Positions 1 to 14,289 of a stretch of DNA of 64,000 bases are shown one piece after another. The stretch comes from the human T2T-CHM13v2.0 reference genome, Homo sapiens. The position numbers and the translations under genes were made by a program. The number at the start of each line of letters is the position of its first letter. Positions within the stretch are counted from its first letter, which is position 1. Location of the stretch: NCBI RefSeq assembly GCF_009914755.1, contig NC_060931.1; one strand, given 5' to 3'. Below the pieces are notes generated by a model, which was not told the DNA's origin, ran no database searches, and saw only the letters and a list, made by a program, of their open reading frames with translations.

Positions 1-1567
1 CGCCTCTCGAAAGGGTGCCAGAGGCATGAGTTGGGCCTCAACAGGCCACCGTGACGGAGGAGCTGGGCCGCACACAGGCTGCTGGGAGGCAGGCAGGGAC
101 TTGGTCCCGGGAGGCCGCCGTGAGGCCAGAGCTGGGCCTGGAGACGCCCCTGGGAGGCAAGAGCGGGGCCTGCAGAGGCTGTTCTCCAGCCAGACCTGGG
201 CCTGTACAGGCCACCGGGAGGCAGGAGGTGGGACTGAGGAGCTTCGCTGGAGAAAGTTCAGGGTCTACAAAAGCCGGCGGGAGCTGGGCAGGAGCTGAGC
301 CAAAAGAGCTTGCTTGCTGGGAGGCCGGAACTGGGCCTGGAGAGGCTGACTTCAGGACCACTTGGGCCTGCAGAGGCCGCCGGGAGGCCCAAGCTGGGCC
401 TGGAGAAGCCCACCGACCCGAGGCCATTTGGGACCTGGAGACGCCGTCGGAGGGCAGGAGCTGAGCCTGGAGAGGCCGCCGAGAGGCCTGAGGTGGGCCC
501 GGTGAGCTTGGCTTCAGGAAGCTGTGGGCCGACCAAGGCCACCAGGAGCTGGGCAGGCACTGAGTCCAAAGAGGTTGTTGGGAGGCAGGAGTCGGGCCTG
601 TAGACGCAGCCGGGAGGAAGAGCTGGGCCCGGACAGGACGCCGGGAGGCTGCAAGTGGTTCTGGAGAGGCCGACTTGAGGAGCTTCTGGGCCCGGAGAGG
701 CCGCCGGAAGGGAAAAACTGGGCCTGGAAAGGCCGTTGTGAGGAATGAGCCCCATGGGCCTGAAGAGGCCACTGGCAGGTGGGAGCTGGGCCTGCCGAAG
801 CGGCGGAGAGGCCGGAGCTTTGGACTAGGGAGGCCGCAGGCGAGAGCGAGCTGGGCGTGGAGAGACCGCTGTGAGGCAGAGGCTGGGCCTGTGCAAGCTT
901 TCGGGAGGCAGGAGGCCAGGCCTGCAGAGGCCGACTGGAGGTCAAGTTCGGGGCCTGCAGAGGCCGCGGAAAGTCAAAAGCGGGGCCTGGGAAGGCCGCT
1001 GGGAGGCATGAGCTGGGCTGGGCTGAAAGAGGCCACTGGGAGACAGGAGGAGCTGGACCTGGAGAGACGGACTCGAGGAACTTTTGCACCTGGAGAGGCC
1101 GCCGAGAGGCCGGAGCTGGGCCTGGGGAGGCTGACTTGAGGACGACTTGGGCCTGCAGAGTCTGCCGGGAGGCAGGAGCTGTCCCTGGACAGGCCTACTT
1201 GACGACAGTCTGGTCCCGCAGAGGCTGCCGGGAGGAAGAGCTGGGCCTGGAGAGGCCGACTGCAGGAAGTGCAGGACCTGGAGCCCATGCAAAGGAGGAA
1301 ACGACAGGCCGGGAGAGGCCGCCCTGACGCATGACCTTGGCCTCCGGAGGGCCGTGAGGCAGGAGCTGGGCCTGCGGGGGCCGCCCCAAGGCGGGAGCCT
1401 GGTCCGAGGAGGCCACGGCGAGGCAAGAGGTGGGCGTGGAGGGCCCACGGTTGAGGTAGAGGCTGGGCCTCTAGAGGCCGCAAACAGGCAGGGGCTGGGC
1501 CTAGAGAAGCCAACAGAGGCATGAACTGGGCCTCAACAGGCCAGCGTGAGGGAGGACTTCTCTCAGC

Positions 1568-1792
1568 GTTAGAGAGGCCAGTGTGAGGCAGGGCCTCACG
1601 CTGACCTCCCTCAGCGTTAGAGAGGCCAGTGTGAGGCAGGGCCTCACGCTGACCTCCCTCAGCGTGAGAGAGGCCAGTGTGAGGCAGGGCCACACGCTGA
1701 CCTCCCTCAGCGTGAGAGAGGCCAGTGTGAGGCAGGGGCTCACGCTGACCTCCCTCAGCGTGAGAGAGGCCAATGTGAGGCAGGGGCTCACG
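1568..1792. repeat. 48-bp VNTR embedded in every macrosatellite unit (unit 1 shown, 5 copies counting the final partial)
   Basis: GTGAGAGAGGCCAGTGTGAGGCAGGG(G/C)CTCACGCTGACCTCCCTCAGC at 1568, 1616, 1664, 1712, 1760. Other arrays start at 3358, 5196, 7034, 8872 (6 copies each), 10710 (4), 12452 (6), 14290 (9), 16272 (6), 18119 (4), 19861 (6), 21707 (4), 23449 (6). Confidence 0.95.
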
Positions 1793-4700
1793 CCTCTCGA
1801 AAGGGTGCCAGAGGCATGAGTTGGGCCTCAACAGGCCACCGTGACGGAGGAGCTGGGCCGCACACAGGCTGCTGGGAGGCAGGCAGGGACTTGGTCCCGG
1901 GAGGCCGCCGTGAGGCCAGAGCTGGGCCTGGAGACGCCCCTGGGAGGCAAGAGCCGGGCCTGCAGAGGCTGTTCTCCAGCCAGACCTGGGCCTGTACAGG
2001 CCACCGGGAGGCAGGAGGTGGGACTGAGGAGCTTCGCTGGAGAAAGTTCAGGGTCTACAAAAGCCGGCGGGAGCTGGGCAGGAGCTGAGCCAAAAGAGCT
2101 TGCTTGCTGGGAGGCCGGAGCTGGGCCTGGAGAGGCTGACTTCAGGACCACTTGAGCCTGCAGAGGCCGCCGGGAGGCCCAAGCTGGGCCTGGAGAAGCC
2201 CACCGACCCGAGGCCATTTGGGGCCTGGAGACGCCGTCGGAGGGCAGGAGCTGAGCCTGGAGAGGCCACCGTGAGGCCTGAGCTGGGCCCGGGGAGCTTG
2301 GCTTCAGGAAGCTGTGGGCCGACCAAGGCCACCAGGAGCTGGGCAGGCACTGAGTCCAAAGAGGTTGTTGGGAGGCAGGAGTCGGGCCTGCAGACGCAGC
2401 CGGGAGGAAGAGCTGGGCCCGGAGAGGATGCCGGGAGGCTGCAAGTGGGTCTGGAGAGGCCGACTTGAAGAGCTTCTGGGCCCGGAGAGGCCGCCGGAAG
2501 GGAAAAACTGGGCCTCGAAAGGCCGTTGTGAGGAATGAGCCCCATGGGCCTGAAGAGGCCACTGGCAGGCGGGAGCTGGGCCTGCCGAAGCGGCGGAGAG
2601 GCCGGAGCTTTGGACTCGGGAGGCCGCAGGCGAGAGCGAGCTGGGCGTGGAGAGTCCGCTGTGAGGCAGAGGCTGGGCCTGTGCAAGCTTTCGGGAGGCA
2701 GGAGGCCAGGCCTGCAGAGGCCGACTGGAGGTCAAGTTCGGGGCCTGCAGAGGCCGCGGAAAGTCAAAAGCGGGGCCTGGGAAGGCCGCCGGGAGGCATG
2801 AGCTGGGCTGGGCTGAAAGAGGCCACTGGGAGACAGGAGGAGCTGGACCTGGAGAGACGGACTCGAGGAACTTTTGCACCTGGAGAGGCCGCCGAGAGGC
2901 CGGAGCTGGGCCTGGGGAGGCTGACTTGAGGACGACTTGGGCCTGCAGAGTCTGCCAGGAGGCAGGAGCTGTCCCTGGACAGGCCTACTTGACGACAGTC
3001 TGGTCCCGCAGAGGCTGCCGGGAGGAAGAGCTGGGCCTGGAGAGGCCGACTGCAGGAAGTGCAGGACCTGGAGCCCATGCAAAGGAGCAAACGCCAGGCC
3101 GGGAGAGGCCGCCCTGACACATGAGCTTGGCCTCCGGAGGGCCGTGAGGCAGGAGCTGGGCCTGCGGGGGCCGCCCCAAGGCGGGAGCCTGGTCCGAGGA
3201 GGCCACGGCGAGGCAAGAGGTGGGCGTGGAGGGCCCACGGTTGAGGTAGAGGCTGGGCCTCTAGAGGCCGCCAACAGGCAGGGGCTGGGCCTGGAGAAGC
3301 CAACAGAGGCATGAACTGGGCCTCAACAGGCCAGCGTGAGGGAGGACTTCTCTCAGCGTGACAGAGGCCAGTGTGAGGCAGGGCCTCACGCTGACCTCCC
3401 TCAGCGTTAGAGAGGCCAGTGTGAGGCAGGGCCTCACGCTGACCTCCCTCAGCGTGAGAGAGGCCAGTGTGAGGCAGGGCCACATGCTGACCTCCCTCAG
3501 CGTGAGAGAGGCCAGTGTGAGGCAGGGGCTCACGCTGACCTCCCTCAGCGTGAGAGAGGCCAGTGTGAGGCAGGGGCTCACGCTGACCTCCCTCAGCGTG
3601 AGAGAGGCCAATGTGAGGCAGGGGCTCACGCCTCTCGAAAGGGTGCCAGAGGCATGAGTTGGGCCTCAACAGGCCACCGTGACGGAGGAGCTGGGCCGCA
3701 CACTGGCTGCTGGGAGGCAGGCAGGGACTTGGTCCCGGGAGGCCGCCGTGAGGCCAGAGCTGGGCCTGGAGACGCCCCTGGGAGGCAAGAGCGGGGCCTG
3801 CAGAGGCTGTTCTCCAGCCAGACCTGGGCCTGTACAGGCCACCGGGAGGCAGGAGGTGGGACTGAGGAGCTTCGCTGGAGAAAGTTCAGGGTCTACAAAA
3901 GCCGGCGGGAGCTGGGCAGGAGCTGAGCCAAAAGAGCTTGCTTGCTCGGAGGCCGGAGCTGGGCCTGGAGAGGCTGACTTCAGGACCACTTGAGACTGCA
4001 GAGGCCGCCGGGAGGCCCAAGCTGGGCCTGGAGAAGCCCACCGACCCGAGGCCATTTGGGGCCTGGAGACGCCGTCGGAGGGCAGGAGCTGAGCCTGGAG
4101 AGGCCGCCGTGAGGCCTGAGCTGGGCCCGGGGAGCTTGGCTTCAGGAAGCTGTGGGCCGACCAAGGCCACCAGGAGCTGGGCAGGCACTGAGTCCAAAGA
4201 GGTTGTTGGGAGGCAGGAGTCGGGCCTGTAGACGCAGCCGGGAGGAAGAGCTGGGCCCGGAGAGGACGCCGGGAGGCTGCAAGTGGGTCTGGAGAGGCCG
4301 ACTTGAGGAGCTTCTGGGCCCGGAGAGGCCGCCGGAAGGGAAAAACTGGGCCTGGAAAGGCCGTTGTGAGGAATGAGCCCCATGGGCCTGAAGAGGCCAC
4401 TGGCAGGCGGGAGCTGGGCCTGCCGAAGCGGCGGAGAGGCCGGAGCTTTGGACTAGGGAGGCCGCAGGCGAGAGTGAGCTGGGCGTGGAGAGTCCGCTGT
4501 GAGGCAGAGGCTGGGCCTGTGCAAGCTTTCGGGAGGCAGGAGGCCAGGCCTGCAGAGGCCGACTGGAGGTCAAGTTCGGGGCCTGCAGAGGCCGCGGAAA
4601 GTCAAAAGCGGGGCCTGGGAAGGCCGCCGGGAGGCATGAGCTGGGCTGGGCTGAAAGAGGCCACTGGGAGACAGGAGGAGCTGGACCTGGAGAGACGGAC

Positions 4701-7700
4701 TCGAGGAACTTTTGCACCTGGAGAGGCCGCCGAGAGGCCGGAGCTGGGCCTGGGAAGGCTGACTTGAGGACGACTTGGGCCTGCAGAGTCTGCCAGGAGG
4801 CAGGAGCTGTCCCTGGACAGGCCTACTTGACGACAGTCTGGTCCCGCAGAGGCTGCCGGGAGGAAGAGCTGGGCCTGGAGAGGCCGACTGCAGGAAGTGC
4901 AGGACCTGGAGCCCATGCAAAGGAGCAAACGCCAGGCCGGGAGAGGCCGCCCTGACACATGACCTTGGCCTCCGGAGGGCCGTGAGGCAGGAGCTGGGCC
5001 TGCGGGGGCCGCCCCAAGGCGGGAGCCTGGTCCGAGGAGGCCACGGCGAGGCAAGAGGTGGGCGTGGAGGGCCCACGGTTGAGGTAGAGGCTGGGCCTCT
5101 AGAGGCCGCCAACAGGCAGGGGCTGGGCCTGGAGAAGCCAACAGAGGCATGAACTGGGCCTCAACAGGCCAGCGTGAGGGAGGACTTCTCTCAGCGTGAC
5201 AGAGGCCAGTGTGAGGCAGGGCCTCACGCTGACCTCCCTCAGCGTTAGAGAGGCCAGTGTGAGGCAGGGCCTCACGCTGACCTCCCTCAGCGTGAGAGAG
5301 GCCAGTGTGAGGCAGGGCCACACGCTGACCTCCCTCAGCGTGAGAGAGGCCAGTGTGAGGCAGGGGCTCACGCTGACCTCCCTCAGCGTGAGAGAGGCCA
5401 GTGTGAGGCAGGGGCTCACGCTGACCTCCCTCAGCGTGAGAGAGGCCAATGTGAGGCAGGGGCTCACGCCTCTCGAAAGGGTGCCAGAGGCATGAGTTGG
5501 GCCTCAACAGGCCACCGTGACGGAGGAGCTGGGCCGCACACAGGCTGCTGGGAGGCAGGCAGGGACTTGGTCCCGGGAGGCCGCCGTGAGGCCAGAGCTG
5601 GGCCTGGAGACGCCCCTGGGAGGCAAGAGCGGGGCCTGCAGAGGCTGTTCTCCAGCCAGACCTGGGCCTGTACAGGCCACCGGGAGGCAGGAGGTGGGAC
5701 TGAGGAGCTTCGCTGGAGAAAGTTCAGGGTCTACAAAAGCCGGCGGGAGCTGGGCAGGAGCTGAGCCAAAAGAGCTTGCTTGCTGGGAGGCCGGAACTGG
5801 GCCTGGAGAGGCTGACTTCAGGACCACTTGAGCCTGCAGAGGCCGTCGGGAGGCCCAAGCTGGGCCTGGAGAAGCCCACCGACCCGAGGCCATTTGGGGC
5901 CTGGAGACGCCGTCGGAGGGCAGGAGCTGAGCCTGGAGAGGCCGCCGTGAGGCCTGAGCTGGGCCCGGGGAGCTTGGCTTCAGGAAGCTGTGGGCCGACC
6001 AAGGCCACCAGGAGCTGGGCAGGCACTGAGTCCAAAGACGTTGTTGGGAGGCAGGAGTCGGGCCTGTAGACGCAGCCGGGAGGAAGAGCTGGGCCCGGAG
6101 AGGACGCCGGGAGGCTGCAAGTGGGTCTGGAGAGGCCGACTTGAGGAGCTTCTGGGCCCGGAGAGGCCGCCGGAAGGGAAAAACTGGGCCTGGAAAGGCC
6201 GTTGTGAGGAATGAGCCCCATGGGCCTGAAGAGGCCACTGGCAGGCGGGAGCTGGGCCTGCCGAAGCGGCGGAGAGGCCGGAGCTTTGGACTAGGGAGGC
6301 CGCAGGCGAGAGCGAGCTGGGCGTGGAGAGTCCGCTGTGAGGCAGAGGCTGGGCCTGTGCAAGCTTTCGGGAGGCAGGAGGCCAGGCCTGCAGAGGCCGA
6401 CTGGAGGTCAAGTTCGGGGCCTGCAGAGGCCGCGGAAAGTCAAAAGCGGGGCCTGGGAAGGCCGCCGGGAGGCATGAGCTGGGCTGGGCTGAAAGAGGCC
6501 ACTGGGAGACAGGAGGAGCTGGACCTGGAGAGACGGACTCGAGGAAGTTTTGCACCTGGAGAGGCCGCCGAGAGGCCGGAGCTGGGCCTGGGGAGGCTGA
6601 CTTGAGGACGACTTGGGCCTGCAGAGTCTGCCGGGAGGCAGGAGCTGTCCCTGGACAGGCCTACTTGACGACAGTCTGGTCCCACAGAGGCTGCCGGGAG
6701 GAAGAGCTGGGCCTGGAGAGGCCGACTGCAGGAAGTGCAGGACCTGGAGCCCATGCAAAGGAGTAAACGACAGGTCGGGAGAGGCCGCCCTGACGCATGA
6801 GCTTGGCCTCCGGAGGGCCGTGAGGCAGGAGCTGGGCCTGCGGGGGCCGCCCCAAGGCGGGAGCCTGGTCCGAGGAGGCCACGGCGAGGCAAGAGGTGGG
6901 CGTGGAGGGCCCACGGTTGAGGTAGAGGCTGGGCCTCTAGAGGCCGCCAACAGGCAGGGGCTGGGCCTGGAGAAGCCAACAGAGGCATGAACTGGGCCTC
7001 AACAGGCCAGCGTGAGGGAGGACTTCTCTCAGCGTGAGAGAGGCCACTGTGAGACAGGGCCTCACGCTGACCTCCCTCAGCGTTAGAGAGGCCAGTGTGA
7101 GGCAGGGCCTCACGCTGACCTCCCTCAGCGTGAGAGAGGCCAGTGTGAGGCAGGGCCACACGCTGACCTCCCTCAGCGTGAGAGAGGCCAGTGTGAGGCA
7201 GGGGCTCACGCTGACCTCCCTCAGCGTGAGAGAGGCCAGTGTGAGGCAGGGGCTCACGCTGACCTCCCTCAGCGTGAGAGAGGCCAATGTGAGGCAGGGG
7301 CTCACGCCTCTCGAAAGGGTGCCAGAGGCATGAGTTGGGCCTGAACAGGCCACCGTGACGGAGGAGCTGGGCCGCACACAGGCTGCTGGGAGGCAGGCAG
7401 GGACTTGGTCCCGGGAGGCCGCCGTGAGGCCAGAGCTGGGCCTGGAGACGCCCCTGGGAGGCAAGAGCGGGGCCTGCAGAGGCTGTTCTCCAGCCAGACC
7501 TGGGCCTGTACAGGCCACCGGGAGGCAGGAGGTGGGACTGAGGAGCTTCGCTGGAGAAAGTTCAGGGTCTACAAAAGCCGGCGGGAGCTGGGCAGGAGCT
7601 GAGCCAAAAGAGCTTGCTTGCTGGGAGGCCGGAGCTGGGCCTGGAGAGGCTGACTTCAGGACCACTTGAGCCTGCAGAGGCCGCCGGGAGGCCCAAGCTG

Positions 7701-10700
7701 GGCCTGGAGAAGCCCACCGACCCGAGGCCATTTGGGGCCTGGAGACGCCGTCGGAGGGCAGGAGCTGAGCCTGGAGAGGCCGCCGTGAGGCCTGAGCTGG
7801 GCCCGGGGAGCTTGGCTTCAGGAAGCTGTGGGCCGACCAAGGCCACCAGGAGCTGGGCAGGCACTGAGTCCAAAGAGGTTGTTGGGAGGCAGGAGTCGGG
7901 CCTGTAGACGCAGCCGGGAGGAAGAGCTGGGCCCGGAGAGGACGCCGGGAGGCTGCAAGTGGGTCTGGAGAGGCCGACTTGAGGAGCTTCTGGGCCCGGA
8001 GAGGCCGCCGGAAGGGAAAAACTGGGCCTGGAAAGGCCGTTGTGAGGAATGAGCCCCATGGGCCTGAAGAGGCCACTGGCAGGCGGGAGCTGGGCCTGCG
8101 GAAGCGGCGGAGAGGCCGGAGCTTTGGACTAGGGAGGCCGCAGGCGAGAGCGAGCTGGGCGTGGAGAGTCCGCTGTGAGGCAGAGGCTGGGCCTGTGCAA
8201 GCTTTCGGGAGGCAGGAGGCCAGGCCTGCAGAGGCCGACTGGAGGTCAAGTTCGGGGCCTGCAGAGGCCGCGGAAAGTCAAAAGCGGGGCCTGGGAAGGC
8301 CGCCGGGAGGCATGAGCTGGGCTGGGCTGAAGGAGGCCACTGGGAGACAGGAGGAGCTGGACCTGGAGAGACGGACTCGAGGAACTTTTGCACCTGGAGA
8401 GGCCGCCGAGAGGCCGGAGCTGGGCCTGGGGAGGCTGACTTGAGGACGACTTGGGCCTGCAGAGTCTGCCGGGAGGCAGGAGCTGTCCCTGGACAGGCCT
8501 ACTTGACGACAGTCTGGTCCCGCAGAGGCTGCCGGGAGGAAGAGCTGGGCCTGGAGAGGCCGACTGCAGGAAGTGCAGGACCTGGAGCCCATGCAAAGGA
8601 GCAAACGCCAGGCCGGGAGAGGCCGCCCTGACACATGAGCTTGGCCTCCGGAGGGCCGTGAGGCAGGAGCTGGGCCTGCGGGGGCCGCCCCAAGGCGGGA
8701 GCCTGGTCCGAGGAGGCCACGGCGAGGCAAGAGGTGGGCGTGGAGGGCCCACGGTTGAGGTAGAGGCTGGGCCTCTAGAGGCCGCCAACAGGCAGGGGCT
8801 GGGCCTGGAGAAGCCAACAGAGGCATGAACTGGGCCTCAACAGGCCAGCGTGAGGGAGGACTTCTCTCAGCGTGAGAGAGGCCAGTGTGAGGCAGGGCCT
8901 CACGCTGACCTCCCTCAGCGTTAGAGAGGCCAGTGTGAGGCAGGGCCTCACGCTGACCTCCCTCAGCGTGAGAGAGGCCAGTGTGAGGCAGGGCCACACG
9001 CTGACCTCCCTCAGCGTGAGAGAGGCCAGTGTGAGGCAGGGGCTCACGCTGACCTCCCTCAGCGTGAGAGAGGCCAGTGTGAGGCAGGGGCTCACGCTGA
9101 CCTCCCTCAGCGTGAGAGAGGCCAATGTGAGGCAGGGGCTCACGCCTCTCGAAAGGGTGCCAGAGGCATGAGTTGGGCCTCAACAGGCCACCGTGACGGA
9201 GGAGCTGGGCCGCACACAGGCTGCTGGGAGGCAGGCAGGGACTTGGTCCCGGGAGGCCGCCGTGAGGCCAGAGCTGGGCCTGGAGACGCCCCTGGGAGGC
9301 AAGAGCGGGGCCTGCAGAGGCTGTTCTCCAGCCAGACCTGGGCCTGTACAGGCCACCGGGAGGCAGGAGGTGGGACTGAGGAGCTTCGCTGGAGAAAGTT
9401 CAGGGTCTACAAAAGCCGGCGGGAGCTGGGCAGGAGCTGAGCCAAAAGAGCTTGCTTGCTGGGAGGCCGGAACTGGGCCTGGAGAGGCTGACTTCAGGAC
9501 CACTTGAGCCTGCAGAGGCCGCCGGGAGGCCCAAGCTGGGCCTGGAGAAGCCCACCGACCCGAGGCCATTTGGGGCCTGGAGACGCCGTCGGAGGGCAGG
9601 AGCTGAGCCTGGAGAGGCCGCCGTGAGGCCTGAGCTGGGCCCGGGGAGCTTGGCTTCAGGAAGCTGTGGGCCGACCAAGGCCACCAGGAGCTGGGTAGGC
9701 ACTGAGTCCAAAGAGGTTGTTGGGAGGCAGGAGTCGGGCCTGTAGACGCAGCCGGGAGGAAGAGCTGGGCCCGGAGAGGACGCCGGGAGGCTGCAAGTGG
9801 GTCTGGAGAGGCCGACTTGAGGAGCTTCTGGGCCCGGAGAGGCCGCCGGAAGGGAAAAACTGGGCCTGGAAAGGCCGTTGTGAGGAATGAGCCCCATGGG
9901 CCTGAAGAGGCCACTGGCAGGCGGGAGCTGGGCCTGCCGAAGCGGCGGAGAGGCCGGAGCTTTGGACTTGGGAGGCCGCAGGCGAGAGCGAGCTGGGCGT
10001 GGAGAGTCCGCTGTGAGGCAGAGGCTGGGCCTGTGCAAGCTTTCGGGAGGCAGGAGGCCAGGCCTGCAGAGGCCGACTGGAGGTCAAGTTCGGGGCCTGC
10101 AGAGGCCGCGGAAAGTCAAAAGCGGGGCCTGGGAAGGCCGCCGGGAGGCATGAGCTGGGCTGGGCTGAAGGAGGCCACTGGGAGACAGGAGGAGCTGGAC
10201 CTGGAGAGACGGACTCGAGGAACTTTTGCACCTGGAGAGGCCGCCGAGAGGCCGGAGCTGGGCCTGGGGAGGCTGACTTGAGGACGACTTGGGCCTGCAG
10301 AGTCTGTCGGGAGGCAGGAGCTGTCCCTGGACAGGCCTACTTGACGACAATCTGGTCCCGCAGAGGCTGCCGGGAGGAAGAGCTGGGCCTGGAGAGGCCG
10401 ACTGCAGGAAGTGCAGGACCTGGAGCCCATGCAAAGGAGCAAACGCCAGGCCGGGAGAGGCCGCCCTGACACATGAGCTTGGCCTCCGGAGGGCCGTGAG
10501 GCAGGAGCTGGGCCTGCGGGGGCCACCCCATGGCGGGAGCCTGGTCCGAGGAGACCACGGCGAGGCAAGAGGTGGGCGTGGAGGGCCCACGGTTGAGGTA
10601 GAGGCTGGGCCTCTAGAGGCCGCCAACAGGCAGGGGCTGGGCCTGGAGAAGCCAACAGAGGCATGAACTGGGCCTCAACAGGTCAGCGTGAGGGAGGACT

Positions 10701-13700
10701 TCTCTCAGCGTGAGAGAGGCCAGAGTGAGGCAGGGCCTCACGCTGACCTCCCTCAGCGTTAGAGAGGCCAGTGTGAGGCAGGGGCTCACGCTGACCTCCC
10801 TCAGCGTGAGAGAGGCCAGTGTGAGGCAGGGGCTCACGCTGACCTCCCTCAGCGTGAGAGAGGCCAATGTGAGGCAGGGGCTCACGCCTCTCGAAAGGGT
10901 GCCAGAGGCATGAGTTGGGCCTCAACAGGCCACCGTGACGGAGGAGCTGGGCCGCACACAGGCTGCTGGGAGGCAGGCAGGGACTTGGTCCCGGGAGGCC
11001 GCCGTGAGGCCAGAGCTGGGCCTGGAGACGCCCCTGGGAGGCAAGAGCGGGGCCTGCAGAGGCTGTTCTCCAGCCAGACCTGGGCCTGTACAGGCCACCG
11101 GGAGGCAGGAGGTGGGACTGAGGAGCTTCGCTGGAGAAAGTTCAGGGTCTACAAAAGCCGGCGGGAGCTGGGCAGGAGCTGAGCCAAAAGAGCTTGCTTG
11201 CTGGGAGGCCGGAGCTGGGCCTGGAGAGGCTGACTTCAGGACCACTTGAGCCTGCAGAGGCCGCCGGGAGGCCCAAGCTGGGCCTGGAGAAGCCCACCGA
11301 CCCGAGGCCATTTGGGGCCTGGAGACGCCGTCGGAGGGCAGGAGCTGAGCCTGGAGAGGCCGCCGTGAGGCCTGAGCTGGGCCCGGGGAGCTTGGCTTCA
11401 GGAAGCTGTGGGCCGACCAAGGCCACCAGGAGCTGGGCAGGCACTGAGTCCAAAGAGGTTGTTGGGAGGCAGGAGTCGGGCCTGTAGACGCAGCCGGGAG
11501 GAAGAGCTGGGCCCGGAGAGGACGCCGGGAGGCTGCAAGTGGGTCTGGAGAGGCCGACTTGAGGAGCTTCTGGGCCCGGAGAGGCCGCCGGAAGGGAAAA
11601 ACTGGGCCTGGAAAGGCCGTTGTGAGGAATGAGCCCCATGGGCCTGAAGAGGCCACTGGCAGGCGGGAGCTGGGCCTGCGGAAGCGGCGGAGAGGCCGGA
11701 GCTTTGGACTAGGGAGGCCGCAGGCGAGAGCGAGCTGGGCGTGGAGAGTCCGCTGTGAGGCAGAGGCTGGGCCTGTGCAAGCTTTCGGGAGGCAGGAGGC
11801 CAGGCCTGCAGAGGCCGACTAGAGGTCAAGTTCGGGGCCTGCAGAGGCCGCGGAAAGTCAAAAGCGGGGCCTGGGAAGGCCGCCGGGAGGCATGAGCTGG
11901 GCTGGGCTGAAAGAGGCCACTGGGAGACAGGAGGAGCTGGACCTGGAGAGACGGACTCGAGGAAGTTTTGCACCTGGAGAGGCCACCGAGAGGCCGGAGC
12001 TGGGCCTGGGGAGGCTGACTTGAGGACGACTTGGGCCTGCAGAGTCTGCCGGGAGGCAGGAGCTGTCCCTGGACAGGCCTACTTGACGACAGTCTGGTCC
12101 CGCAGAGGCTGCCGGGAGGAAGAGCTGGGCCTGGAGAGGCCGACTGCAGGAAGTGCAGGACCTGGAGCCCATGCAAAGGAGCAAACGCCAGGCCGGGAGA
12201 GGCCGCCCTGACACATGAGCTTGGCCTCCGGAGGGCCGTGAGGCAGGAGCTGGGCCTGCGGGGGCCGCCCCAAGGCGGGAGCCTGGTCCGAGGAGGCCAC
12301 GGCGAGGCAAGAGGTGGGCGTGGAGGGCCCACGGTTGAGGTAGAGGCTGGGCCTCTAGAGGCCGCCAACAGGCAGGGGCTGGGCCTGGAGAAGCCAACAG
12401 AGGCATGAACTGGGCCTCAACAGGCCAGCGTGAGGGAGGACTTCTCTCAGCGTGAGAGAGGCCAGTGTGAGGCAGGGCCTCACGCTGACCTCCCTCAGCG
12501 TTAGAGAGGCCAGTGTGAGGCAGGGCCTCACGCTGACCTCCCTCAGCGTGAGAGAGGCCAGTGTGAGGCAGGGCCACACGCTGACCTGCCTCAGCGTGAG
12601 AGAGGCCAGTGTGAGGCAGGGGCTCACGCTGACCTCCCTCAGCGTGAGAGAGGCCAGTGTGAGGCAGGGGCTCACGCTGACCTCCCTCAGCGTGAGAGAG
12701 GCCAATGTGAGGCAGGGGCTCACGCCTCTCGAAAGGGTGCCAGAGGCATGAGTTGGGCCTCAACAGGCCACCGTGACGGAGGAGCTGGGCCGCACACAGG
12801 CTGCTGGGAGGCAGGCAGGGACTTGGTCCCGGGAGGCCGCCGTGAGGCCAGAGCTGGGCCTGGAGACGCCCCTGGGAGGCAAGAGCGGGGCCTGCAGAGG
12901 CTGTTCTCCAGCCAGACCTGGGCCTGTACAGGCCACCGGGAGGCAGGAGGTGGGACTGAGGAGCTTTGCTGGAGAAAGTTCAGGGTCTACAAAAGCCGGC
13001 GGGAGCTGGGCAGGAGCTGAGCCAAAAGAGCTTGCTTGCTGGGAGGCCGGAACTGGGCCTGGAGAGGCTGACTTCAGGACCACTTGAGCCTGCAGAGGCC
13101 GCCGGGAGGCCCAAGCTGGGCCTGGAGAAGCCCACCGACCCGAGGCCATTTGGGGCCTGGAGACGCCGTCGGAGGGCAGGAGCTGAGCCTGGAGAGGCCG
13201 CCGTGAGGCCTGAGCTGGGCCCGGGGAGCTTGGCTTCAGGAAGCTGTGGGCCGACCAAGGCCACCAGGAGCTGGGCAGGCACTGAGTCCAAAGAGGTTGT
13301 TGGGAGGCAGGAGTCGGGCCTGTAGACGCAGCCGGGAGGAAGAGCTGGGCCCGGAGAGGACGCCGGGAGGCTGCAAGTGGGTCTGGAGAGGCCGACTTGA
13401 GGAGCTTCTGGGCCCGGAGAGGCCGCCGGAAGGGAAAAACTGGGCCTGGAAAGGCCGTTGTGAGGAATGAGCCCCATGGGCCTGAAGAGGCCACTGGCAG
13501 GCGGGAGCTGGGCCTGCGGAAGCGGCGGAGAGGCCGGAGCTTTGGACTAGGGAGGCCGCAGGCGAGAGCGAGCTGGGCGTGGAGAGTCCGCTGTGAGGCA
13601 GAGGCTGGGCCTGTGCAAGCTTTCGGGAGGCAGGAGGCCAGGCCTGCAGAGGCCGACTAGAGGTCAAGTTCGGGGCCTGCAGAGGCCGCGGAAAGTCAAA

Positions 13701-14289
13701 AGCGGGGCCTGGGAAGGCCGCCGGGAGGCATGAGCTGGGCTGGGCTGAAAGAGGCCACTGGGAGACAGGAGGAGCTGGACCTGGAGAGACGGACTCGAGG
13801 AACTTTTGCACCTGGAGAGGCCGCCGAGAGGCCGGAGCTGGGCCTGGGGAGGCTGACTTGAGGACGACTTGGGCCTGCAGAGTCTGCCGGGAGGCAGGAG
13901 CTGTCCCTGGACAGGCCTACTTGACGACAGTCTGGTCCCGCAGAGGCTGCCGGGAGGAAGAGCTGGGCCTGGAGAGGCCGACTGCAGGAAGTGCAGGACC
14001 TGGAGCCCATGCAAAGGAGCAAACGCCAGGCCGGGAGAGGCCGCCCTGACACATGAGCTTGGCCTCCGGAGGGCCGTGAGGCAGGAGCTGGGCCTGCGGG
14101 GGCCGCCCCAAGGCGGGAGCCTGGTCCGAGGAGGCCACGGCGAGGCAAGAGGTGGGCGTGGAGGGCCCACGGTTGAGGTAGAGGCTGGGCCTCTAGAGGC
14201 CGCCAACAGGCAGGGGCTGGGCCTGGAGAAGCCAACAGAGGCATGAACTGGGCCTCAACAGGCCAGCGTGAGGGAGGACTTCTCTCAGC

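Noticed and set aside
1568-1792. 48-bp repeats as a CRISPR array
   Set aside because: Head-to-tail tandem copies with no unique spacers, in a primate Alu/L1 context with no cas genes.
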